A DNA stretch of 64,000 bases, from assembly GCA_963770835.1 (NCBI GenBank), contig CAVYRH010000019.1, positions 384,001 through 448,000 on the forward strand. Direction: 5' to 3'. The position numbers and the translations under genes were made by a program. A model generated the notes under the pieces. The model saw only the letters and a list, made by a program, of their open reading frames with translations. It did no database searches and had not been told where the DNA came from. Below are positions 40,982 to 49,851 of the stretch, piece after piece (positions within the stretch are counted from its first letter, which is position 1; each line of letters starts with the position of its first letter). Source of the stretch: an uncultured Pseudomonadota bacterium. GTDB lineage: Bacteria > Oederibacteriota > Muellerivitia > Muellerivitales > Muellerivitaceae.

Positions 40982-41079
40982 GATATCCTCCCGAAAAACA
41001 AGGTCCATATTTCTACCATAAATCGACCAGATATTCACCATAGTTCTTTAGGGGCACAAAATCAATCCGTGTAATGGTG

Positions 41080-41343
41080 TTATTCGTTCGGTTTAAACTC
41101 CATCCGATTACCGCCCAAAGCCTTCACGATTTTAGCGATATCAACCCACCGCTGGAAAGCCGCCCGATCAGCCAGGGTCTTCTTGAGTAAACGAACAGGC
41201 ATCTTTGCCTTTTTTGCGATAGTCTTTAGGCCCTGGCTTTCGACCATATCCCCAAATGCCTCCTGGAAAAGTTCGGCCTTACCCGAATCCAACCCAACGG
41301 TCAGGTACTTAGCCATTAGTTTCCTGCATCCCTTATTTTTCAT
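41080..41343 (-). CDS. Putative addiction-module antidote-like HTH protein
   Basis: YL..AL..F..A.GD.V..QG...IAKKA..KIVKALG pattern; no partner toxin seen. Confidence 0.55.
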   Translation of the reverse strand: MKNKGCRKLMAKYLTVGLDSGKAELFQEAFGDMVESQGLKTIAKKAKMPVRLLKKTLADRAAFQRWVDIAKIVKALGGNRMEFKPNE

Positions 41344-41474
41344 TTGCTTGGCCTTTCCTTGGAACAATTAAGTCCATGTCGATAATCGGATTCTAATGAC
41401 CTTCGGAAGGCTTTGACAAGTTCCAAGGAAAGAAATCCCATGACGCGAATGACAAATCACAGGCGCTCGTGGCT

Positions 41475-43462
41475 GTAGAGTAGAGCACTGGCGCAGTAAC
41501 CCACAGGAAGACCCTTGTCTGTATCCACCGTTTCCAGTTTCGTGCCCGTTTAGGGTTCTCCGTAGTCCTGTTTCCAGCGCCCCCTCATCAAACCGTACGT
41601 GACCTTTTCGATCATACGGCTTTCCGACAACCTTTATTTCGGCGGCATTCAAGCTCTTTGGGCTTGGTGGGACAGGAAATAAAGGCCAAGACGTTTGAAT
41701 TCATCTCCGTTCATAGACCAATTTCGTGCCCGTAAGCCATGCTTATGCTTTCGGAACAAAACCAGTCTTGTGACCGTATAAGAATCAATATTGGAAAACT
41801 GTTTCCAGCTTGTGCCCACTTTGAAGTATTGGGCCCATCCCCTCAATATCGGGTTCAGGGTTTTCACCAATTCCTCCAATGAGAGCGAGAGCCTCCACCC
41901 TTCAGAAGTCACCGCCTTGATCTTCTCGGTAATCTTCTTCATGGCTTTTCGGCTCGGCCAGCTTCGAACGTATGCCTTCCACCCCTTCTTCCTTGGTTGG
42001 CACATCTGATAATGAAAGCCGAGAAAGTCAAAACCGTCCTTCCCTAGGCCCATCTCTACCAGCTTCGTCTTTTCCGGGTGTAGTTCCAATCCCATCCGCT
42101 CAAGTAGACCCTTGAGCACCTTCAGGCTTTCTTCCGCCTTTTGATGGGTTGGACATACCACCACGAAGTCGTCCGCATAACGAATCAGTTTCCCTAATTT
42201 CTTGTGCCTCTTGTCCCAAATCTTGTCCAGCAGGTGAAGGAATATATTGGAGAGAAGAGGAGAGATTACCCCTCCCTGAGGTGTGCCTTCTTGGGTCAGC
42301 AAAAGCTTCCCCTCTGTTAGCACTTCCGCTTTCAGCCATCCCTCGATCAGCTTCAAAACTTTCTTGTCACTGATCCTTTGTCGCACCAGCACCATTAATT
42401 TGGCGTGATCAATGGAGTCGAAATACTTTCGAATATCTCCATCCACCACAAACCGATACCCTCGGTTCACCCATTTCAGAATTTCACCGTGGGCTTGATG
42501 GGCTCCGCGCTTGGGCCGAAAGCCGTAAGAACCTTCCAGGAAGTCAGCCTCAAAGATAGGTTCGACCATCTTCCGGCAGGCCGCCTGCACCACTCGGTCC
42601 CGTATGACCGGTATACCTAATGGTCGCTTCCCGCCGTCCGGTTTCGGGATTTCCACCCGTTTGACTGGTTTTGGCCGATATGTCCCCGCCTTGAGTTCTT
42701 CCTGGATTTGCTTGAGAAAGAGTCTTACCCCTTCTTTCTCTATCTTCTCCAAACTTTCTCCATCCACCCCTCCACGCCCTCGATTCGCCTTGACCTGTTT
42801 CCACGCCTCGATGAGTACATCCCCTTGGATGAGCTTGTCGTACAACGCATGGAAACGCCGGTTCGGGCTTCTCTTGGCCGCTCGATATAGCTCCCTCTGG
42901 AAGTGGCGCACTTTGTCTTCTGAGTTATTAGCCTTTTCAGGCATTCCCCATGCTCCTCTTCTTTTGGTCGCTTGGTTGAAGCAGGGGCCCTTCCCTCTGG
43001 GAAGTTTTGTTGTCTTCCCTTCATCGGTATTACTGCCCCCTCCGACTTCCTCCTGCCACGTTTCCCCTTCAGTGCCACCTTATAGGAAGCGCTCTTTTAG
43101 CAGGTAGGATCTCCCAGGTTGATATATCAGCCTTTCCCACATTCCGTTCCCTCATACGCCGGAGGATTTGCCCCATCCATTCCCGTTTTACCGGATGGGA
43201 TTGTTGCCTTCGCCGTAAGACACGCGGCTCGGCCTCCTCTGTAGCCTTTCGGCGGACACTTCACGACGCGGCAGGATTCACTTCATGTTACGGACTGCGG
43301 GATCGTTCCCTTTCTCATCAAAGGTTTATGACCTCGTTTCGGACAAGGCCTCTCGACCTTGCCACGGAGGCTGACTTCGGGGCCCTCGGGCGGTTACCCC
43401 GTCAGGATTTGGCTCATATCAAGCCTCACCTGCTGGCTGCTACACCCTTATTCCTGGCACGC
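41475..43462 (-). mobile_element. Group II intron
   Basis: 5' end GCGTGCCAGGAA; domain V AAGCCGTATGATCGAAAAGGTCACGTACGGTT (about 41590-41623); long domain VI ending CTCTACTCTAC; internal RT ORF. Confidence 0.88.
41649..42944 (-). CDS. ltrA: Group II intron reverse transcriptase/maturase, no endonuclease domain
   Basis: RPLGIP..DRVVQ, SYGFRP, GTPQGGVISPLL, RYADD, FDFLGF, LNPILRGWAQYF. Confidence 0.95.
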   Translation of the reverse strand: MPEKANNSEDKVRHFQRELYRAAKRSPNRRFHALYDKLIQGDVLIEAWKQVKANRGRGGVDGESLEKIEKEGVRLFLKQIQEELKAGTYRPKPVKRVEIPKPDGGKRPLGIPVIRDRVVQAACRKMVEPIFEADFLEGSYGFRPKRGAHQAHGEILKWVNRGYRFVVDGDIRKYFDSIDHAKLMVLVRQRISDKKVLKLIEGWLKAEVLTEGKLLLTQEGTPQGGVISPLLSNIFLHLLDKIWDKRHKKLGKLIRYADDFVVVCPTHQKAEESLKVLKGLLERMGLELHPEKTKLVEMGLGKDGFDFLGFHYQMCQPRKKGWKAYVRSWPSRKAMKKITEKIKAVTSEGWRLSLSLEELVKTLNPILRGWAQYFKVGTSWKQFSNIDSYTVTRLVLFRKHKHGLRARNWSMNGDEFKRLGLYFLSHQAQRA

Positions 43463-43861
43463 TGTCATATTCGTGTCATTGCCGACCATGTTTTACCGTA
43501 CTTGACCATCCCTGACCGTGCTTGACCGCCACTTCAAAAAAAAAGCCTCTGCCCACGGGTTTATAAAACCCATATAGGCAAAGGCTTTTAAAATTGTGTC
43601 AGGGACATGAAATTTAAAATGGCGGGGTTGACGGGGCTCGAACCCGCGACCTCCTGCGTGACAGAGAGTTGCAAGCTTTTCGCCAACACCGACGGTTGAG
43701 TTAGTAAAAAAATTCAGTCCCCAGCATAATTTCAAAGGCCTTTGTTCTCAATGGTTTTACGACCGGCGAGGGCAAGGGCCTTTTTTTGTACGCGACGGTC
43801 AAGGACACTTTACGACGGTCAAAACTCGATTTTGACGGTCGAGTTTGACACGTATATGACA
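43463..43861. other. attP-like recombination region: tRNA-Asp core with arm-like repeats on both sides
   Basis: 16-bp inverted pair 43463-43478 / 43846-43861, 10-bp-period GACC array 43481-43530, 20-bp-period GACGGTC at 43794/43814/43834. Confidence 0.6.
43620..43664 (-). repeat. 3' half of tRNA-Asp(GTC), att core
   Basis: CTGTCACGCAGGAGGTCGCGGGTTCGAGCCCCGTCAACCCCGCCA; no D-arm or 5' acceptor strand upstream. Confidence 0.85.
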
Positions 43862-44093
43862 CCAGATGTCCCACTGCTTTTCATGAGGTGGGTTGAGAAA
43901 ACTGACCCACTGCCCAAAACTCAACGGGTCTCAAAAACCATCTGCCTCAAACTCAATGGGAGGAAGTTTGATATATATGACACGGCGTAAGGTCCTGCTG
44001 TTCTTTGGCATGGGTGGTAAAATTCTTAACGGAACAATAAATTCAGGGTCACAAAGAGTAAAATAGGGACTGAAAATTCGGAGGTTCTCCCCA

Positions 44094-44774
44094 ATGCGCT
44101 ACTATTTTAACATTCTTACTGGCGTTGGCCTTATTCTTACCGGCGCATCTTTTATATACGCCGGATTGGGCCATATGAATCCCCATGCCTGTAATTGTTA
44201 CGCTTGGCTTGGAATTTCTATCGGCATCATTTTAATCACCACCGGAATAGTAGTTAGTTATTTTTCCTTAAACATTAAAATGCTCAACTGGAAATATTGC
44301 ATTATCCCTTACATCAAAAGCGCTGAATTCTTTTCTTCCAAACGATTAGAAGAACTAAAAAAGGAATCAAAGGAAGGAAAGTTCGATTGCGACATAACAG
44401 AATTTTCAAGATTTGGAATTATGTTTTGCAATGGACTTGGGGTAAGCAAAGCTTTTGAAAGAAATTTTATTTATGAGCGAATTTTGATTTTGGTTTTTAA
44501 CACCGTTTATGGAGTTGCTTGCAACGAATATATGAGATTAAAAAAGGAAAATAAAAACACGATTGAAGCCTTTATTTACGCATACGAAAGAGGAAACAAC
44601 TATTTGAAAGAAACAATTTTCGATGATTTGAATGAAATGCTTTCTCTTGATGAATTTGATAAAAGGGGATTTAAAAACTACCAAAATTTCGAAAGCGTAA
44701 AAAAACAAATGCAAAAAGAAAAAACCGATCTATTTTTAGATGAAGATTTAAAAAAAGGGAAAGAACTTTTTTAG
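44094..44774 (+). CDS. Hypothetical protein with two N-terminal TM helices
   Basis: RBS GGAGG, 226-aa AT-rich ORF. Confidence 0.65.
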   Translation: MRYYFNILTGVGLILTGASFIYAGLGHMNPHACNCYAWLGISIGIILITTGIVVSYFSLNIKMLNWKYCIIPYIKSAEFFSSKRLEELKKESKEGKFDCDITEFSRFGIMFCNGLGVSKAFERNFIYERILILVFNTVYGVACNEYMRLKKENKNTIEAFIYAYERGNNYLKETIFDDLNEMLSLDEFDKRGFKNYQNFESVKKQMQKEKTDLFLDEDLKKGKELF

Positions 44775-45206
44775 TGATTTTAAAGTGTTCGTTGAGCCTT
44801 AATTACATTCTATTCCGTATGAAGATTTACGTTTATTAAAGATAAACCATCACATATAGCATCTATTGTTACTTTGCTACCCGGCTTCAAATTTCTTATT
44901 TCCTTCAGATCTTCTTCGCTCGTCGAATTACTAACATCAGCTTGAACTCCATTGACACTTTTGTAATTCAGACTATTAATCTCGAATTCCACTGTAGGGG
45001 CTCCTAAAATATTTTCGACTTTAGAAACTTTTCCTGTTATGGCGAGTAATTTTCCTTTGTATTTATCGTCTGCCGCAACTCCATTCAAATCATATTCTTT
45101 TGCCAGCATTTGGGCCGTAATGGTTATTGGTTTATCTTGGCCCACGTTTTCGGCAGATTTATTTTGTGTTGTGATCCCAAAAATATTAAAAAAAACTAAT
45201 AAAGAA

Positions 45207-45769
45207 ATGAAGCTACTCCCCGGGCTAAAGCCCGGGGTTTCAGCCTTTCAGCATACTTTGGTCATGCTGTTGCTCCCGGATATACTTGCGAATCATTTCT
45301 TCCTGCACCGTACCTATACTTTCCGCAAAATACCCGTCCGCCCAAAAACTATCGCCCCAAAGGAACTCCTGCAAAGCTGGAAATTCTTCCCTTATCTTGA
45401 TACTTGTCCCACCTTTTAGAATCTGTACTACTTTGGCTACACTCACCCTTGGCTCAACCTGGATCAGCATATGCACGTGATCTCGTTGAATATTTAACTC
45501 GTGGATTTCCCATCGGTTTACTTGGGCCGCCTCTTTAAACAGCTCCTGCAGGCGGACGGCTATTTTGCTATCCAAGACTCGCTTCCGGTACTTCGGTATC
45601 CAAACGAGATGAAATTGCAGACGGTGCTTGGTGTGTGCCCCTACCCAGTATTTTGACATGACCAAAGCATGCCATATTTTATGGCCTGCGGCCCGACAAA
45701 AAACCTGTCGGGCCTCCGGGCAGCCATTCATCCCCAGGCTTAAAAGCCTGGGGTTTTCTGGCAAGTTTT
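45207..45769 (-). mobile_element. IS200/IS605-family element, tnpA only (563 bp)
   Basis: Subterminal hairpins CCCCAGGC-TTTTAA-GCCTGGGG and CCCCGGGC-TTTA-GCCCGGGG; inserted 3' of TTAT, ends TCAT, no target duplication. Confidence 0.9.
45240..45659 (-). CDS. tnpA: Y1 (HUH) transposase
   Basis: HLVWIPKYRKRVL, DHVH, FWADGYF, YIREQ. Confidence 0.93.
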   Translation of the reverse strand: MSKYWVGAHTKHRLQFHLVWIPKYRKRVLDSKIAVRLQELFKEAAQVNRWEIHELNIQRDHVHMLIQVEPRVSVAKVVQILKGGTSIKIREEFPALQEFLWGDSFWADGYFAESIGTVQEEMIRKYIREQQHDQSMLKG

Positions 45770-46243
45770 ATAAATATTAAGAAGCCTATAAGTAACCATA
45801 CCCACCATTTTGGCTGTTGAGGTTTACGCGTTTGACTTGGCTTTTCAAATTTATACGATTGAACGGAGTTTAAAATTAACCTAACTGCCAATCCCAATAA
45901 GGTACACCAAAAACCGAATTGAACTGCCAGTTGATTTCTATAGGGACTAAAAGGCTGAGAAATATTGGCCCCAAGATTCTCCAAAAACCCATTTGATAAT
46001 AAACTTGGATAGAATTCCCCCAAACAAATGCCACCAACCGCCCCTAAAATCCCCCATAAAATAATTTTTCTCATAATCCGATCCTTTTTCAATAATCGTA
46101 ATATTTCGACTTTATTGTGACCGTTCACCGTTTTGACCAGTGGGACAGTTCTTCCTGATCAATTAAGCCTTTTTAAGTTGTAGTGTTTTGGATTTTTGTT
46201 GGTGTTCCCTTCATTTCATCTCCAGCGTGGATTCTTGGTTTCG

Positions 46244-46669
46244 TTAGTGGTCTGTTGGATGGCTTTCTGTTGGGAGACGCATCTTTACCGCATCAAATAC
46301 CTGACGGGCCAGACCCATTGCCTCATCCGCTTCTTTCGTTTCAATAATTTCAACGTCACCTGGATAACGAAATTTCCACGCATATTCAGTTAAGACGGCG
46401 GCTTTTCGGAGGATGGGTTCCAAAGTGCCATCAACTTTCGCGCAAGGTTCTCCGAGTTCGATTAAGTTATGGGTTTTGCGGAAAGGTTGGTCATGCCAGC
46501 ACAAAAACGCCTTTAAGGATTTTTCTGCTGATTGTTGGGAGTGAAACAAAACGTCTTCCAAAAAGGGAGGATCGGCTTGGCGGTCTATTTCTGCACCCCT
46601 CAAGTCCTGGGAGGCCTTATGAAGCCAAGCCCTGGTTTCAGCGGCGCGATCTGCCTCAAGCGGCCCCAT
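46244..46669 (-). CDS. HEPN domain protein
   Basis: WL.KA..DL..A, FHSQQSAEKSLKA, KTHNL, RYP. Confidence 0.88.
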   Translation of the reverse strand: MGPLEADRAAETRAWLHKASQDLRGAEIDRQADPPFLEDVLFHSQQSAEKSLKAFLCWHDQPFRKTHNLIELGEPCAKVDGTLEPILRKAAVLTEYAWKFRYPGDVEIIETKEADEAMGLARQVFDAVKMRLPTESHPTDH

Positions 46670-46979
46670 AAAGCAGACGGCCTTCCCTGAGAATTGTAGC
46701 GGGCAAGGAAGCTATCACGGCTTTTCGGCTTTCAAAGGCGGTATGGGTCCAAACCAAAACATCCGCCGCAGTTCCAGTGCCCCAAAGCCTCTCATAAGCC
46801 AGGCGGCTACGGCGCAGGGGGGACGGTGCGTTATCGGGAACAACGACCATCAAATCAAAATCGCTGTCAGGGCCTTGGTCGCCCCTCGCGGTAGAGCCAA
46901 AAAGATAAATCCGCTCGGGGTGATAAGCCTCCGCCAAACGGTTCACAATTTCAGTCAATTTAGAATCAGTTCCCTGCAT
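46656..46979 (-). CDS. Minimal nucleotidyltransferase (MNT)
   Basis: IYLFGSTARGD..DSDFDL; overlaps the HEPN gene. Confidence 0.88.
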   Translation of the reverse strand: MQGTDSKLTEIVNRLAEAYHPERIYLFGSTARGDQGPDSDFDLMVVVPDNAPSPLRRSRLAYERLWGTGTAADVLVWTHTAFESRKAVIASLPATILREGRLLYGAA

Positions 46980-47089
46980 TTGGTTGCCCCTTTGAAAAAC
47001 CATTATACCCACACGAGCCTCATTTTGTCGTTCCCTAGGTTGAAAGGGGTCGGAGCAGATATCAAAACCGGAAAACCGTTGAAAAACAC

Positions 47090-47133
47090 GGCGGATGAAA
47101 CAGGATTCGAACCCGCGACCTCCTGCGTGACAG
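47090..47133 (-). repeat. Degenerate second tRNA-Asp 3'-half fragment
   Basis: 27 bp (47107-47133) identical to 43638-43664; acceptor portion decayed, no CCA. Confidence 0.75.
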
Positions 47134-47203
47134 GGAACCGAATCGGCTAAAAACACAATGGGGTCACGGGTTGGCATCCGGGAATTAGAAACGGGACGTT
47201 AAT

Positions 47204-48889
47204 TCAATTAAGAACAACTACCGAATAAGCCACTAACTTCGGCAAGGTCACAGTCAACTTTCCATCTGAATACCCAAAATTCAATTTCTCATCTCCCGAT
47301 GAATCAGGCGACGCCACCGTCACCTTTTGGGGCCGGTAATCCATGGGCACTATGACCGTCACGTTATGTTGTTCCTTGAAGCCTTGAGCATATTCATGAT
47401 TCACCAGGTGGATCAAAACCCGGTCCTTCCTTTCCATGACCGATACCATGGCGCTGGGGAGGGAGCAGGAGACCGCCCTGTCCGACGGCTCCACATGGTG
47501 GTACAGGGCGGAGTGGGAACGGTAAAAGGCCGTGTAGGTCTTAAAGAAGGGCATCATGTTTTGCTGGTCGGCGGTGAGTTCGCCCGTGGCCGTCTTTAGG
47601 TGGAAGGCGTAAAAAAGCCCGTTGGCATAGGCCTCGGCGGCGTACATTCGCCAATAGTCCTCCCTTTCGGATTGGGGCAAGGCTATGTAGCGGTTGAGGG
47701 TGGGCGTGGGCCAGTCAATGAAAAGCACCACCGGCGCGCCGGGCGCCAGGACCGCCGACTGTTTATAAAACCGGCGGAAAACGCTTTGGAGCGACTTTGT
47801 GCCGTTCAAGTGGCCATCCACCACCGGCACGTAGTCGGCCATGCTTCCGTTGTCCCCGTCGTGGTTGTAGTCCCAAAGGCCGATGCTCTCAAAATCCACG
47901 TTGGGCAGGATGCCGTTACCGGTGATGAGCAGGTTCCGGTCGTATTTCTTTTTGGCGTAGTCCTTCAGCGCCTGGACGATGGGCCCGAAATAGCGGTAGG
48001 GCTCGGCCGCGCTCACAAAGTTCTTGGCGCCGGGTTCGGGGTGGTCGTCGTAGGTCTTTCCCCACTCGGCGGCCAGGGGATTGTCGGAAGCAAAGGGGTT
48101 GGCGGCCCAGCCGTGGAAATCCAGGTACTTCAGGTAATTGAAGTTGTTCCGAAGATCCCCGGGCGGCAGGTCCCGCCTTAGGATATTGCCGGGGGGCATC
48201 TGGAAAAGCTTGCCGAAATCCGTTCCCTCGGGGTACTTGGCTAGGAGGTAAGAATTGAAATCCGCCAGGTGGTAGTCGTCGAATCCCTCGTTGTTATCGT
48301 ACTTCTCACCCTGGTAATCCTGGTCCACCTCGTCGAAGAAAAGGCCGTCCACGCCGCCGTCGATTTGGACTTCCCCGATATGCACCAGGTAATCCCGGTA
48401 CTCCGGGGCGGCGATGCTCCCCCGGTGGGCGCCATGCACGATGTTGTCATGGCTTACGATTTTGCCTTCCGCGTCGCGGCAGGCCAGCCGGTCGAACTCG
48501 TCGGCGGGAAACTCGTCCTCAAAAAGAATGGTAGCGGTGGTGCCGCCGATAAAGCGGACATGGGAGGCCTGGCAGTCCGTGACGTAGCTGAATTTGTAAT
48601 CAGAAGGATTAACACCGTAGCGGTCCCATTTCGCCCAAGCCCGGATGACGATGTCGGGATTAAGCTCCAAAACCTGGGGGTCGCTGTCGTTGTTGCCCGT
48701 CTGGCTGAAGGCGTAAACCGTGATGTTGTCCATGGAAACGACCGGCATAGGGGTGGGCGAGAGGTTCCAAGCCCCGCAGCCCGTGTCCACCAGGCCTTTC
48801 GGGGGATGGGCGCTCGACTGGGCGTAGGCGGCCCAGGGGGTGAAGAGAAAGAAAGCCAGGAAACAAAAAAACCCAAAATGGTTCCGCAT
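47204..48889 (-). CDS. Exported glycoside-hydrolase-like protein
   Basis: Signal peptide, GVDGLFFDE strand, C-terminal LIHLVN..TLPKL..YSVVV beta-sandwich; family not assignable by eye. Confidence 0.6.
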   Translation of the reverse strand: MRNHFGFFCFLAFFLFTPWAAYAQSSAHPPKGLVDTGCGAWNLSPTPMPVVSMDNITVYAFSQTGNNDSDPQVLELNPDIVIRAWAKWDRYGVNPSDYKFSYVTDCQASHVRFIGGTTATILFEDEFPADEFDRLACRDAEGKIVSHDNIVHGAHRGSIAAPEYRDYLVHIGEVQIDGGVDGLFFDEVDQDYQGEKYDNNEGFDDYHLADFNSYLLAKYPEGTDFGKLFQMPPGNILRRDLPPGDLRNNFNYLKYLDFHGWAANPFASDNPLAAEWGKTYDDHPEPGAKNFVSAAEPYRYFGPIVQALKDYAKKKYDRNLLITGNGILPNVDFESIGLWDYNHDGDNGSMADYVPVVDGHLNGTKSLQSVFRRFYKQSAVLAPGAPVVLFIDWPTPTLNRYIALPQSEREDYWRMYAAEAYANGLFYAFHLKTATGELTADQQNMMPFFKTYTAFYRSHSALYHHVEPSDRAVSCSLPSAMVSVMERKDRVLIHLVNHEYAQGFKEQHNVTVIVPMDYRPQKVTVASPDSSGDEKLNFGYSDGKLTVTLPKLVAYSVVVLN

Positions 48890-48911
48890 CAGTCCCCCAA
48901 AAAAGATTTTT

Positions 48912-49020
48912 ACCACAGGTCGCCTTCGGCGACGCACAGAGGTCACAGAGTTAAAGCACGGAAATAAAAAAAGGCCCAATCATTTTTGCCTTACTCTGTG
49001 TACTCCGTGAACTCTGTGGT
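48912..49020. repeat. REP-like inverted repeat built from CAC(A/G)GAG units
   Basis: ACCACAG..CACAGAGGTCACAGAG ... CTCTGTGTACTCCGTGAACTCTGTGGT. Confidence 0.6.
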
Positions 49021-49037
49021 TCGATGGGGTGTAGCCT

Positions 49038-49703
49038 TCAAAACCCCTTAAACCGCGCCAAGTCCCGGATGTGCCGCCGGGGGCTGTCGAATCCGTGGGT
49101 CGGGGACTTTTCAACGCCGTAGCCCAGGGCGACCCCGAAGACGAGCGTCAGTTCCGGGGGGATTCCCAATTCCTTGCGGATGAGGTCGGGGTAACAAACC
49201 AGCCGGTAGGCGGGTGCTGTGTCCAGCCCCTTCTCCTTGGCCGCCAAAAGCAGGCTCTGGGTGAAAAGCCCCAGGTCGAAGATGGACCAGGGGGTGAGGC
49301 TCTTCTCCATGCAGATATAAACCACTACCGGCGCGTTGAAAAACCTCATCTGCCGGGCCAGGAAGGCCTGGGGGTCCAAAGCGTTGCCCGACATGGCCTG
49401 GGCTTCCTTCTTATGGAGGTCCAGGAGCTCGTCCATGCGTTCCTTCAAGTGGGCAGGCCATTGGGTGGGAGCGGGCATGTCCGGGCGGGGAGGATCGCCC
49501 TTGGTGAAACCCTCAAGGTAGCTTTTGCGCAGCCGCTCCAGGGCATCGCCGCCCGCCACGAAGACTTCCCAGGGCTGGGTGTCGGCCCAGGAGGGGGCGC
49601 GGTTGGCCGCGTCCAGGATTTCCAGGATCACTCCCTTCAGCACGGGGGTGGGTTTGTAGTCCCTGCAGGTATAACGGGTCCTTAAAGCTTCGGTGACATC
49701 CAT
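49038..49703 (-). CDS. Nitroreductase family protein
   Basis: RYTCRDY, RAPSWADTQPW, DLGLF, ALGY. Confidence 0.9.
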   Translation of the reverse strand: MDVTEALRTRYTCRDYKPTPVLKGVILEILDAANRAPSWADTQPWEVFVAGGDALERLRKSYLEGFTKGDPPRPDMPAPTQWPAHLKERMDELLDLHKKEAQAMSGNALDPQAFLARQMRFFNAPVVVYICMEKSLTPWSIFDLGLFTQSLLLAAKEKGLDTAPAYRLVCYPDLIRKELGIPPELTLVFGVALGYGVEKSPTHGFDSPRRHIRDLARFKGF

Positions 49704-49851
49704 GGCGCGTCTCCTAATATGAGAAATCCCGGGAAAAGGCCGGCTCCAGACGCGTTTATCATGGGCCAAGAGGTTCCGAAAACCAAGATGGGAATTAAGG
49801 GAAAGGCCCTGGGTGTGTTAGGAACTCCAACCGGGGGGACGGCTTTAACCG

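Larger units (their letters stand above)
44810..46074 (-). pseudogene. Membrane protein with C-terminal OB-fold (tRNA_anti-like), split by IS200
   Basis: Removing 45207-45769 restores a 233-aa frame (..LIFI/SLLVFF..ITAQMLAKEYDLNGVAADDKYKGK..ITGKV). Confidence 0.8.

Noticed and set aside
41368..41652. 94-aa ORF after the RT, and ORFs at 42740-43735
   Set aside because: They overlap intron RNA domains and the att region; no protein features.
41649..42944. RT as retron, DGR or defence RT
   Set aside because: Maturase domain and flanking intron domains V/VI identify a group II intron; no TR/VR pair seen.
43620..43700. Intact tRNA-Asp gene
   Set aside because: Only the anticodon loop to CCA is present; no D-arm or 5' acceptor strand.
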